This document shows, piece by piece, positions 51,553 through 60,255 of a stretch of DNA of 64,000 nucleotides (its first letter is position 1; every line of letters starts with the position of its first letter). A program made the translations under genes and the position numbers. Source of the DNA: Longimicrobiales bacterium (GTDB taxonomy: Bacteria > Gemmatimonadota > Gemmatimonadetes > Longimicrobiales > Gaopeijiaceae). Under the pieces are notes generated by a model. The model saw only the letters and a program-made list of their open reading frames with translations. It searched no databases and had not been told where the DNA came from. Where the stretch lies: assembly GCA_965219445.1 (NCBI GenBank), contig CBDCNQ010000005.1:768001-832000 (forward strand), given 5' to 3'.

Positions 51553-52011
51553 TCAGCATCTCCCAGCCCCCGCGAGGGGCCTGCGCTCGGCACCGTCCTC
51601 AGGAGCGCCGGTACCGGACGACCCCAGGAAGAACTTCCTGCCGTCGGTGAACGTGACGTCACGGCCGTTGGCCCGGGGAAGAGAGTGGTCCTTCGCCTGA
51701 TAGCCATCGACGATCAACTCGGAGCCGATCGGCAGACACTCCCGACGAAGTCCTCGTCGCTGAAGCACGTTGGGCGTGCCTCCCTCGACCATCCAGACCT
51801 GTGACGTACCGTCATCATTCTCGACCTCGATGTGAATCCAGGAATGTGGATTCACCCATTCGACCCTCACGATGTTGCCCTGAAGGCGAATCGGGGCATC
51901 CGCGTCGAATTCCGCGCCGAATGCGTGGTGGGCTACCGCCGGGGCCGCATAGGCCACTAGCGCGACGGCGCCCAGAATCAACGTCCCGTACATCAGCTTC
52001 GTTTTCATCAT
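51553..52011 (-). CDS. DUF6152-like exported protein
   Basis: GAGGT RBS; signal ending PAVA then HHAFGAEFD; EWVNPHSWIH; clearly similar to 48754-49236. Confidence 0.82.
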   Translation of the reverse strand: MMKTKLMYGTLILGAVALVAYAAPAVAHHAFGAEFDADAPIRLQGNIVRVEWVNPHSWIHIEVENDDGTSQVWMVEGGTPNVLQRRGLRRECLPIGSELIVDGYQAKDHSLPRANGRDVTFTDGRKFFLGSSGTGAPEDGAERRPLAGAGRC

Positions 52012-52072
52012 TGTCACCTCGGCTCTGAGCCAGCTTCGTCTGCTTCCACTCTCTCCTGATACCTAGCGCCAC

Positions 52073-52933
52073 TCACGGTGTCTTACGGTACTGCCCATAC
52101 AGAAGCTCCTCTACGAACTCCACGCACTTGAATACTCCGACCCTGGCATCTGCATTGATGTGCCGGTAGAGCGGCAGGCTGATCGTCCACGGGCGGGAGA
52201 AGGTGCTGGGGTCCTCCATCGTGGCTTCGTACAGCATATGGTCGGGGCCCGTCATCGTGTAGCGCTCAACGACCGTCAACTGATAGCTCGCGTGGTTTCC
52301 GGAACGGTCGAACCAGGCCTGACCGATGAACCCGTTCGCCTCGACCACGAACGTGTCGCCCTCCCAATGGCCCACGGACTGACCCATCCAGGAGTCCACC
52401 TGCGGCGGCCCCGGGTCCTCCAGATAGATGTTGCGGTCCGCACCCGCGAACTCGTACGTGATAAAGAAGGCGCTTTCACTTTGAAAAATCTGGAATGGGA
52501 ATGGCATGTAGGTGGCACGTGGCACCCCAGGCAAGTAGCACTTCACCGCAGGATCCCGCGTCGCCCAATTCTCCCGGTTCGCGTCCCTGATCGCGCGCGC
52601 GTTGGTGAGGTACGGAATCTCGCCGCCTTCGACGATGCCCATCCCCGGCGGCACAGCCCCAACCGCTCCGAAAGCGACTACCTCCTGAGCGGGTACGGGA
52701 ACCACCGGGCCGGGTACCATCTGGAGTGCCGCACGTGCCTGGTGTGGCTCGATATCCCAATGGGCGTTACCGAGTGCCTGCCAGATACCGTTCATGTCCG
52801 GTCTCCCGGACGAGGTTCTGGGGATGTTCGAACTCTGGCCCTGTGCGTACGCCGGCACGAGGGCTACCGCAAGCAGGCCGAGAGCGACCCCTGCCAAGGC
52901 GTAGGTTGGAGATTTGACGGCGCTCGACATCAC
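52073..52933 (-). CDS. Exported uncharacterised protein (DUF6152-partner family)
   Basis: GGAGG RBS; signal; GRPDMNGIW, KCYLPGVPR, WMGQSVGHWEGDTFVVE, MEDPSTFSRPW, FKCVE. Confidence 0.82.
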   Translation of the reverse strand: MMSSAVKSPTYALAGVALGLLAVALVPAYAQGQSSNIPRTSSGRPDMNGIWQALGNAHWDIEPHQARAALQMVPGPVVPVPAQEVVAFGAVGAVPPGMGIVEGGEIPYLTNARAIRDANRENWATRDPAVKCYLPGVPRATYMPFPFQIFQSESAFFITYEFAGADRNIYLEDPGPPQVDSWMGQSVGHWEGDTFVVEANGFIGQAWFDRSGNHASYQLTVVERYTMTGPDHMLYEATMEDPSTFSRPWTISLPLYRHINADARVGVFKCVEFVEELLYGQYRKTP

Positions 52934-53310
52934 TCAACCCTCCCACTTCTAGTTGGACTGAAACCGTAATCATATCGTTCTCGACCAGCTCTTGCCAGTT
53001 CGGTGCGTAGACCACAACCGGAGTTGCGCGCTCGGGGCTGGGGCACACCAAATGTTTCCGACGCTTGCTTGCGTACCCACAAACGCGCCCCTCAATTGGG
53101 TGACTCGGCAGCCACGGCCTGTCATTAGTGCATTGTCGTCGCCCTTCCGTGCACTCTCGGCCCTCTTCTCGGGCCTGACTTCGGGTGGTGTAAGTCCAGG
53201 AGCTTGGGTATGGAGGAGGCTGGCAATCAAGTAATCGAGACCGTCGCAGCCACGATAAGCCTTCTACTCGTGGCCGGCCTCACCACGCTCCCGCATTTGA
53301 CGTATTCCCG

Positions 53311-53403
53311 ATGAATATTTCAACTCGACATCATGTGCACTACCATCATCACCCGCTCTCAGGTGGCTGGCTGGTTCTTCTCGTCCTCTTCAAGGAGTAT
53401 TGA
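53311..53403 (+). CDS. Second, diverged His-rich leader peptide MNISTRHHVHYHHHPLSGGWLVLLVLFKEY
   Basis: Colinear paralog of the his leader at 53987; stops 2 nt before the ATG at 53406. Confidence 0.6.
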   Translation: MNISTRHHVHYHHHPLSGGWLVLLVLFKEY

Positions 53404-53405
53404 CT

Positions 53406-53822
53406 ATGAGCGAACGAATGAAGCCAATTCTGGGTGCGCTGGTCGCGGCGTACATCATCTTCTACCTGGGCGTCACGTACTTCTTCGGCCCCATCTTGGC
53501 GAATGATGCGCCGGCCGCGGCTATGATGCCGGATTGGGCGTCCTTGGCCGTCGGGTCCGTTCTCCTCATTCTGTTCTTCGATTGGGTGAACGTTTCCGTT
53601 GGAAATCCGGTCCGCTCGGGCTTGATCGTCGCCCTTTCGCAGATTCTTCTGGTGGACGTCCTCTATGTGATGAACGGCACGCGTGGGATCACCGCAGGCG
53701 CAGCGAGCGCTGCCGTCCTGATTGTGGGATGGACGGTGATCGGAATCGTCTACGGTAAGCTGTCGGGAGGGGCGCCGGCTGGTGCCGGGGCGCAGACGGC
53801 TGGTGTAGCGGAGCCGATGTAG
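53406..53822 (+). CDS. Uncharacterised four-TM membrane protein
   Basis: AAGGAG RBS; four hydrophobic segments. Confidence 0.8.
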   Translation: MSERMKPILGALVAAYIIFYLGVTYFFGPILANDAPAAAMMPDWASLAVGSVLLILFFDWVNVSVGNPVRSGLIVALSQILLVDVLYVMNGTRGITAGAASAAVLIVGWTVIGIVYGKLSGGAPAGAGAQTAGVAEPM

Positions 53823-53949
53823 GATCCCACCGATCAAGGTGGCGTGGGCTTCCACCTAGGAGTCGGGTGAAGCCCAGAGGGGCCCCGCAGCGGCAGGATC
53901 ACGGCGGGGCCCCTCTCAGGTCTGGAAGCCTTCAGCCCCACCCCCGCAC

Positions 53950-53979
53950 TTGACCTCACCGAGCTCCCGCATTTAACGT
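53950..53979 (+). promoter_or_regulatory. Sigma70-type promoter of the his operon (leaderless for the leader peptide)
   Basis: TTGACC-18 nt-TAACGT; the ATG at 53987 follows 7 nt after the -10 element; no SD. Confidence 0.6.
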
Positions 53980-53986
53980 ACTCCCC

Positions 53987-54064
53987 ATGAATACTTCGAC
54001 TCGACATCATCGGCACCACCATCACCATCCGTTCCCGGGCGGCTGGCTGGGGCTGTGCAACTGA
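53987..54064 (+). CDS. hisL: his operon leader (attenuator) peptide MNTSTRHHRHHHHHPFPGGWLGLCN
   Basis: Seven His codons within eight codons, upstream of a terminator and hisG. Confidence 0.88.
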   Translation: MNTSTRHHRHHHHHPFPGGWLGLCN

Positions 54065-54097
54065 GTTGAAGATCATCTGACGACCTGAGCGCACCTT

Positions 54098-54129
54098 ACG
54101 CCGGCCTCCGAGGTCGGCGTTTTTCATTT
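54098..54129 (+). terminator. his attenuator terminator
   Basis: ACGCCGGCCT-CCG-AGGTCGGCGT followed by TTTTCATTT; GGCTGGC (54041-54047) can pair with GCCGGCC (54100-54106) as an antiterminator. Confidence 0.85.
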
Positions 54130-54170
54130 ATGCCTTCCTCGGAGTTCCGGCGCACATACGGAGCTCCTTT

Positions 54171-55064
54171 ATGAGCCAAGACAACAAGAAACGAGACCCT
54201 GCGGGCGCGGATACGCTGCGCCTCGCCCTACCCAAAGGCCGCATGGAGGACGCGGTGCTCGCGCTGCTGGCCGACGCCGGCATCCGAGTAACCCCCACGG
54301 CCCGTGGGTATCGCCCCAAGGTGTCCCTTCCCGACTGCGAGGCGAAGATCCTCAAGCACCAGAACATCGTCGAGATGCTGGAGCTCGGGAGCCGGGACGT
54401 GGGATTCGCCGGAGCCGATTGGGTCGAGGAGCTGGGTGCCGAGGTCGTGGAACTGTTGGATACCGGGCTCGACCCCGTGAGCGTGGTAGCGGCGGCGCCC
54501 ACGGGCCTCTTCGACCGACTCGACGAGGTCGGGCGGCCGCTCGTGGTCGCGTCCGAGTACGAGACGCTCGCCAGGGCCTGGATCGCACGTCGGGACCTCG
54601 ACGCGGAATTCGTACGCTCCTTTGGCGCCACCGAGGTCTTTCCGCCCGAGGACGCCGACGTCATCGTCGACAACACCGCAACCGGCAGCACACTACGGGC
54701 GAACGACCTTGAGATCGTCGATACGGTGATCACGTCGTCGACACGGCTGTATGCGAGTCCTCAGGCCATGGAGCACGATGTGAAGCGGGAGCGTATCGAG
54801 GATCTGCGCCTACTGCTCAGGAGCGTGCTCGACGCTCGAAGGCGGGTCATGATCGAAGTGAATGCCCCCGAGGATCGTCTCACGGAAGTCGTATCGCTCT
54901 TGCCGTGCATGCGTGAGGCCACCGTGGCCCCACTCTTCGGAGACAGTGGATACGCGGTCAAAGCAGCCGTGTTGAGGGAAAAGCTTCCCGAGATCATCCC
55001 GGCCATCAAAGCCGCCGGCGGCACCGACGTCGTGGTCACGTCAGTCTCCCAGATCGTCCCATGA
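54171..55064 (+). CDS. hisG: ATP phosphoribosyltransferase (long form)
   Basis: LRLALPKGRM, DVGFAGADW, GATEVFP..ADVIVD..TGSTLRANDL; C-terminal regulatory domain. Confidence 0.95.
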   Translation: MSQDNKKRDPAGADTLRLALPKGRMEDAVLALLADAGIRVTPTARGYRPKVSLPDCEAKILKHQNIVEMLELGSRDVGFAGADWVEELGAEVVELLDTGLDPVSVVAAAPTGLFDRLDEVGRPLVVASEYETLARAWIARRDLDAEFVRSFGATEVFPPEDADVIVDNTATGSTLRANDLEIVDTVITSSTRLYASPQAMEHDVKRERIEDLRLLLRSVLDARRRVMIEVNAPEDRLTEVVSLLPCMREATVAPLFGDSGYAVKAAVLREKLPEIIPAIKAAGGTDVVVTSVSQIVP

Positions 55065-56806
55065 CCGACCGAGGATCACCGCTCCCGTCGACTTGGATTC
55101 CCCGGGATCTCTACGAGGGACCGGCCCAGCCGGAGCCCGGGGTTCTCAAGCTCGACGGCAACGAGGGGAATCCTCCACCACGCAGGCTCCTGGAGGATTT
55201 GGCGGCGGCGGACCTTTCCAGGGTCCGGGATTACCCCGACGCCCGTCCCCTGGAGTCCGACATCGCCGAACGCCTCGGTTTGAATCCGGCACGTGTCGTC
55301 GTGACAGCCGGTGCGGACGAGGCGCTGGATCGCGTATTCCGAGCCTATCTGGCGCCCGCTCGGCGCCTCGTCCTTCCCGTGCCCGCCTTCGAGATGATGT
55401 ACCGATTCGCAGCCGTCGTCGGCGGGGAGATCCTTCCCGTACCATGGACCGACGCCTTTCCCACCGAAGAAGTCATCGCCGCCCTGAACGACGACGTCTC
55501 ACTCGTTGCGATGATCTCCCCGAACAACCCAACGGGCTGTACGGCCACCGCAAGCGATCTCAAACGGGTCGCCGAGGCAGCGTCCAGGGTGGACTCCGGA
55601 GCGGCCTTCGGGGCGATGGTCATCCTCGACCACGCCTACGTCGAATACTCGGATCAGGATCTCACGTCCCTCGCACAACGCTTCGACAACGTCGTCAGCG
55701 TGCGCACGTTCTCGAAGGCCTGGGGATTGGCGGGCTGCAGGGTCGGCTACGCGGTCGCGTCGCCTGACGTCGCAACCGTACTCCGGAACGTCGGGAGTCC
55801 CTTCCCGGTGGCAGGACTTTCGTTGGACGCAGTCCGAGGACAGTTGACCACGGGCGAGCCGGCTTTGAAGGCACACGTTGCAGCGGTCCGGGAAGGGCGG
55901 GCCCTCCTCACGGAGACGCTCAACCGACTGGGGATCGAAACGACCCCTGCTCAGGGCAACTTCGTCCTCGGTGACTTCGGCGCCCGCTCCGATTTCGTAT
56001 TCAACGGCCTGAACGCACTCGGGGTTCGTGTTCGGCGATTTCCGCACCGCCCCGAGATTGCCAACGCCCTCCGCATCACAGTGCCCGACGACGCAGAGCC
56101 GCTGCAGCGGCTGATCGAGGCCCTGGAAACCTGCCTCGCACCGGAGGCTCTCCTGTTCGACCTGGACGGGGTGATCGCGGACGTCGAGGAGTCCTATCGG
56201 CGGTGCGTCCGCGAGACGGCGGGAACCTTCGGAGTGGAGGTCACGCGAGAGGAGTTGGCCACGATGGTCCTCGCCGGCGACGCCAACAACGATTGGGTGC
56301 TGACCCAACGCATCCTTGCGGGCCGAGGCGTCGAAGTGTCGCTCGACGACGTCACGGAGGCGTACCAGAGGACCTACCTCGGCACATCGACCTCACCGGG
56401 ACTCCGGGAGTCCGAACGTCTCCTGGTGGCCCGCGACGTCCTTGCGAGCCTCGCCGACCGCCTGCCCCTAGCCATCGTGACCGGGCGCCCCCGCGAGGAA
56501 GCCGAATGGTTCCTGGACAAGGAGGGGCTTACAGACCTTTTCCCCGCGGTGGTTTGCATGGAAGACGGTCCCCTCAAGCCGGACCCGGCGCCCGTCCGAG
56601 CGGCCGCGTCCCGCCTCGGCGTGGAGCGCACCTGGATGGTGGGCGACACGCCCGATGACATCAGAGCCGCAGCGGGAGCCGGCGCCGTGCCCATCGGCGT
56701 CGTCGCACCCGGACCCGATCCGGACGCCAGCACCGCCGCCCTCCGTGAAACCGGAGCGGCCACGGTACTGGCCACTATCGAAGACCTTCTGGAGCTGCTT
56801 CCATGA
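55061..56806 (+). CDS. hisC: Histidinol-phosphate aminotransferase fused to a HAD phosphatase (probable histidinol-phosphate phosphatase)
   Basis: KLDGNE, SPNNPTG, DHAYVEY, RTFSKAWGLAGCRVGY; then FDLDGV, ANNDW, VTGRP, KPDP, MVGDTPDD. Confidence 0.92.
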   Translation: MTDRGSPLPSTWIPRDLYEGPAQPEPGVLKLDGNEGNPPPRRLLEDLAAADLSRVRDYPDARPLESDIAERLGLNPARVVVTAGADEALDRVFRAYLAPARRLVLPVPAFEMMYRFAAVVGGEILPVPWTDAFPTEEVIAALNDDVSLVAMISPNNPTGCTATASDLKRVAEAASRVDSGAAFGAMVILDHAYVEYSDQDLTSLAQRFDNVVSVRTFSKAWGLAGCRVGYAVASPDVATVLRNVGSPFPVAGLSLDAVRGQLTTGEPALKAHVAAVREGRALLTETLNRLGIETTPAQGNFVLGDFGARSDFVFNGLNALGVRVRRFPHRPEIANALRITVPDDAEPLQRLIEALETCLAPEALLFDLDGVIADVEESYRRCVRETAGTFGVEVTREELATMVLAGDANNDWVLTQRILAGRGVEVSLDDVTEAYQRTYLGTSTSPGLRESERLLVARDVLASLADRLPLAIVTGRPREEAEWFLDKEGLTDLFPAVVCMEDGPLKPDPAPVRAAASRLGVERTWMVGDTPDDIRAAAGAGAVPIGVVAPGPDPDASTAALRETGAATVLATIEDLLELLP

Positions 56807-56834
56807 CTCCAATCCTCCCTTCGGAGAAGCTTAC

Positions 56835-57437
56835 ATGACTCCCCGAAACGCCACGATCGACCGCAAGACGAACGAGACCGAGGTCAGCGTCACGCTCGAG
56901 CTGGATGGAACAGGCTCGTCGGACGTCCAAACGGGCATCGGCTTTCTCGACCACCTGCTCGACGCGCTTGGCCGCCACGGTCGGTTCGACGTCGAGGTCC
57001 GCTGCAAGGGAGATCTTCAGGTCGATGACCACCACACCGCGGAGGACTGCGGCCTGGCGCTGGGCAGCGCCCTTCAGGAGGCCCTGGGCGACCGCGTGGG
57101 AATCGCTCGTTTCGGATACGCCTATGCGCCCCTGGACGAGGCGTTGGCACGCGCGGTCGTGGACATTTCGGGGCGACCCTTCGCCAGAGTCGACCTGGGC
57201 CTCACGCGAGAGCGCCTGGGTGAGCTGTCCTGCGAAAACATCCCGCACGTGCTGAGCTCCCTGGCCACGGCGGCGGGCCTCACCCTCCACGTCGACGTGC
57301 TCGAGGGCGACAACGACCACCACAGGGCCGAGGCAGCCTTCAAGGCGGTGGCACTCGCGCTCCGGGCGGCGGTGGGTGCATCGGGCTTCGACGACATACC
57401 CTCCACGAAGGGCACGATCGGGGGCGTCTCCCCGTGA
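56835..57437 (+). CDS. hisB: Imidazoleglycerol-phosphate dehydratase
   Basis: RKTNET, TGIGFLDHLL, DDHHTAED, NDHHRAEAAFKA, PSTKG. Confidence 0.96.
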   Translation: MTPRNATIDRKTNETEVSVTLELDGTGSSDVQTGIGFLDHLLDALGRHGRFDVEVRCKGDLQVDDHHTAEDCGLALGSALQEALGDRVGIARFGYAYAPLDEALARAVVDISGRPFARVDLGLTRERLGELSCENIPHVLSSLATAAGLTLHVDVLEGDNDHHRAEAAFKAVALALRAAVGASGFDDIPSTKGTIGGVSP

Positions 57438-58867
57438 CCGATTCGACAGCAACACGTGCACCTACGTCCGAGGAGCGGTACGTAGCGATCATCGACTCGG
57501 GGGTGGCCAACCTCGCGGCCGTCGAGAGCGCCCTGACGGCCCTGGGCGTCGAGTACACGATCACCGAGGATCCGGAGGTCGTGCTTCGAGCCACCCACGC
57601 GGTCCTGCCCGGAGTGGGGCGATTTTCCGCCGGCCTCGATACGCTCCGTCGCCATGGCCTCGACGAGGCAGTACGTCAGGTTCACGAGCGAGGGACCCCT
57701 CTCCTCGCCGTCTGCCTCGGCATGCAGATGCTCGGAGACGGGAGTGACGAGAGCCCGGACACGCCCGGGCTCGGCATCGTCTCCGGCCGCTTCCAGCGCT
57801 TGCCCGACTCGGTACGCGTACCGCACCTGGGATGGAATCAGGTGAGCGCCGAGGAAGACTCGGACCTTCCGAGCGGCACGGCGGCATTCGCCAACTCGTA
57901 CTACTTGCCGAGTCCTCCCGCCGGGTGGCAGGCCGCCCGGACGACCCACGGAGCGACGTTCGTCTCGATGCTCGCCCAGGGACGGACGCTCGCCTGTCAA
58001 TTCCACCCGGAGCTGTCGGGTCCGTTCGGGATGAGGCTCATCCAGGACTGGCTCAGTGGGGTCCCGGCCACGGACGAGGGCGAGGGCAAGCGTGAGGACC
58101 ACGACGTGTGGCATGAAGTGGCCCCCCGCATCGTCCCCTGCCTCGACGTGAAGGACGGAAGGGTGGTGAAGGGCATCCGTTTCCAGAACATCCGGGACGC
58201 GGGCGACCCGGCCGACCAGGCGGGTGAATATGAACGTCAAGGGGCGGACGAGATCGTCATTCTCGACATCGGGGCCTCCCACGAGGCGCGCGACACGCAG
58301 CGCGAAACGGTGCGCGCCGTACGGCGGCGCATCCACATCCCGCTCACGGTCGGGGGCGGTGTCAGAACGGTAGACGACGCACGGGGCCTCCTGGCAGCGG
58401 GCGCCGACAAGGTGAGCGTCAACACGGCGGCCGCACGGGATCCGAGCCTTCTGGAGCGTTTGAGCCAGGCGTTCGGTACACAGTGCGTGGTGCTGGCCAT
58501 TGACGCTCGCCGCTTGGGCGACAGTTGGGACACGCTCGTGATGGGCGGGCGAGAGGCGACGGGTATCGACGCGATCGAGTGGGCACGGCAGGGCACCGAC
58601 CTCGGCGCCGGAGAGATCCTGCTCACCAGCTGGGACCGGGACGGAACGCGGGCGGGCTGCGACGTCGAATTGCTCGAAACCACGCGTCAGGCGGTAGACG
58701 TGCCGGTCATCGCGTCGGGCGGCATCGGCACGCCGGACGACGTGGTCACGGCTTTCCGTACGGGTGCCGACGCCGTCTTGGCCGCATCGGTCTTTCATGA
58801 CGGTGACCTCACGGTCGGAGAGATCAAGAAATTCGTATCAGATCGAGGATTGGCGGTGCGCCCATGA
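57434..58867 (+). CDS. hisHF: Bifunctional imidazole glycerol phosphate synthase (HisH-HisF fusion)
   Basis: LPGVG, VCLGMQ and QFHPE glutaminase motifs, then RIVPCLDVKDGRVVKG, GADKVSVNTAA, GEILLTSWDRDGT, all in one ORF. Confidence 0.93.
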   Translation: MTDSTATRAPTSEERYVAIIDSGVANLAAVESALTALGVEYTITEDPEVVLRATHAVLPGVGRFSAGLDTLRRHGLDEAVRQVHERGTPLLAVCLGMQMLGDGSDESPDTPGLGIVSGRFQRLPDSVRVPHLGWNQVSAEEDSDLPSGTAAFANSYYLPSPPAGWQAARTTHGATFVSMLAQGRTLACQFHPELSGPFGMRLIQDWLSGVPATDEGEGKREDHDVWHEVAPRIVPCLDVKDGRVVKGIRFQNIRDAGDPADQAGEYERQGADEIVILDIGASHEARDTQRETVRAVRRRIHIPLTVGGGVRTVDDARGLLAAGADKVSVNTAAARDPSLLERLSQAFGTQCVVLAIDARRLGDSWDTLVMGGREATGIDAIEWARQGTDLGAGEILLTSWDRDGTRAGCDVELLETTRQAVDVPVIASGGIGTPDDVVTAFRTGADAVLAASVFHDGDLTVGEIKKFVSDRGLAVRP

Positions 58868-60255
58868 TCATTCCGAGCATCGACCTCATGGACGGACGCG
58901 CGGTTCAGCTGCGCCAGGGTAAGGAGTTCGTCCTGGACGGCGGCGATCCGTTCGAGCGCCTCGAGGAGTTCTCCGTGGCGGGAGAGGTCGCAGTGGTCGA
59001 CTTGGATGCAGCCATGGGAAAGGGATCCAACGCCCCGATCATGCGCGATTTGGTCCGCCAGGCGCCCTGCCGCGTCGGTGGCGGGATCCGGGATATCGAT
59101 GCGGCTCTGGCGTGGTTGGACGCGGGAGCGGAGCATGTCGTCATCGGAACCGCAGCGGCCGTGGAATTCTGCTCGCAGTTACCTCGGGATCGGGTGATCG
59201 CCGCCGTCGACGCCGAGGGTGGCAAGGTCGTCGTGGAGGGTTGGCAGACCCAGACCGAGCACAGTGTGATCGATCGGATTACGGAGCTGGCGCCGGTGGT
59301 GGGCGGCTTCCTGCTCACGCAGGTGGAACATGAAGGGGGGATGGCCGGCTGGAACGAAGATCTGGTCGCACAGGCCGTGGAGGCGGCCGGCACCGTCCGC
59401 ATCACGGCAGCAGGAGGAATCACCACCGCCGAGGACATAGGTCGGCTGGATCGATTGGGTGCGGACGCTCAGGTGGGAATGGCCCTCTATACCAACCGTG
59501 TGAGCCTGGGTGAGGCGGTGGGCGCCCCCTTGGTGAGGGCGATCGACGAACGACTCTGGCCCACCGTGGTGTGCGACGAGGAGGGGCACGCCCTTGGGCT
59601 GGTCTGGAGCACGCGTGAGAGCCTCGAGGCGGCGGTGCGGGAGCGGCGGGGGATCTACTGGTCCCGCTCCCGGGATTCGCTCTGGATCAAGGGAGAGACG
59701 TCCGGGGCCACCCAAGAGCTGGTTCGCGTGGAGTTGGACTGCGACCGCGACGCGCTCCGCTTCGTGGTTCGCCAGCACGGCTCCGGTTTCTGCCACACGG
59801 GAACGCCCGGATGTTGGCCTACGCCCTTTACGCTCTCCACGCTGTCGGACGTCATCGCACGTCGTGGTGACGAGGCACCGGAGGGGTCGGGGACGGCCAA
59901 ACTCATGGGAGACCCCGCCCTTCTCGCTTCGAAGCTTCGCGAAGAGACGGAGGAGCTGATCCAGGCGCTCCAGATCGACGCGACCGGATCCCGGTCCGCG
60001 GATGGCGATGGTACCCGGACTGATCATGCCCGCACCGAGGACGCGGCCGAGGTGATCCACGAGGCGGCCGACCTACTCTATTTCACGCTCGTCGCCGCCG
60101 TGAGCCGTGGCGCCGACGTCGAAACGCTGCGCCGGGAACTCGCCCAACGCAGCCTACGGGTTCGTCGGCGTCCGATGACGGCAAAGCCCGACGAGGCAAG
60201 CTCCCAAGACGCAACGTCCGAGGGAGCGAAGCCCGACGAAGGAGAGAATCGATGA
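58864..60255 (+). CDS. hisAIE: HisA-HisI-HisE fusion (ProFAR isomerase, PR-AMP cyclohydrolase, PR-ATP pyrophosphatase)
   Basis: MIIPSIDLMDGRAVQLRQG, VGGGIR; YWSRSR..WIKGETSG..DCDRD..CHTG...CW; KLREETEE..HEAADLLYF. Confidence 0.9.
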   Translation: MIIPSIDLMDGRAVQLRQGKEFVLDGGDPFERLEEFSVAGEVAVVDLDAAMGKGSNAPIMRDLVRQAPCRVGGGIRDIDAALAWLDAGAEHVVIGTAAAVEFCSQLPRDRVIAAVDAEGGKVVVEGWQTQTEHSVIDRITELAPVVGGFLLTQVEHEGGMAGWNEDLVAQAVEAAGTVRITAAGGITTAEDIGRLDRLGADAQVGMALYTNRVSLGEAVGAPLVRAIDERLWPTVVCDEEGHALGLVWSTRESLEAAVRERRGIYWSRSRDSLWIKGETSGATQELVRVELDCDRDALRFVVRQHGSGFCHTGTPGCWPTPFTLSTLSDVIARRGDEAPEGSGTAKLMGDPALLASKLREETEELIQALQIDATGSRSADGDGTRTDHARTEDAAEVIHEAADLLYFTLVAAVSRGADVETLRRELAQRSLRVRRRPMTAKPDEASSQDATSEGAKPDEGENR

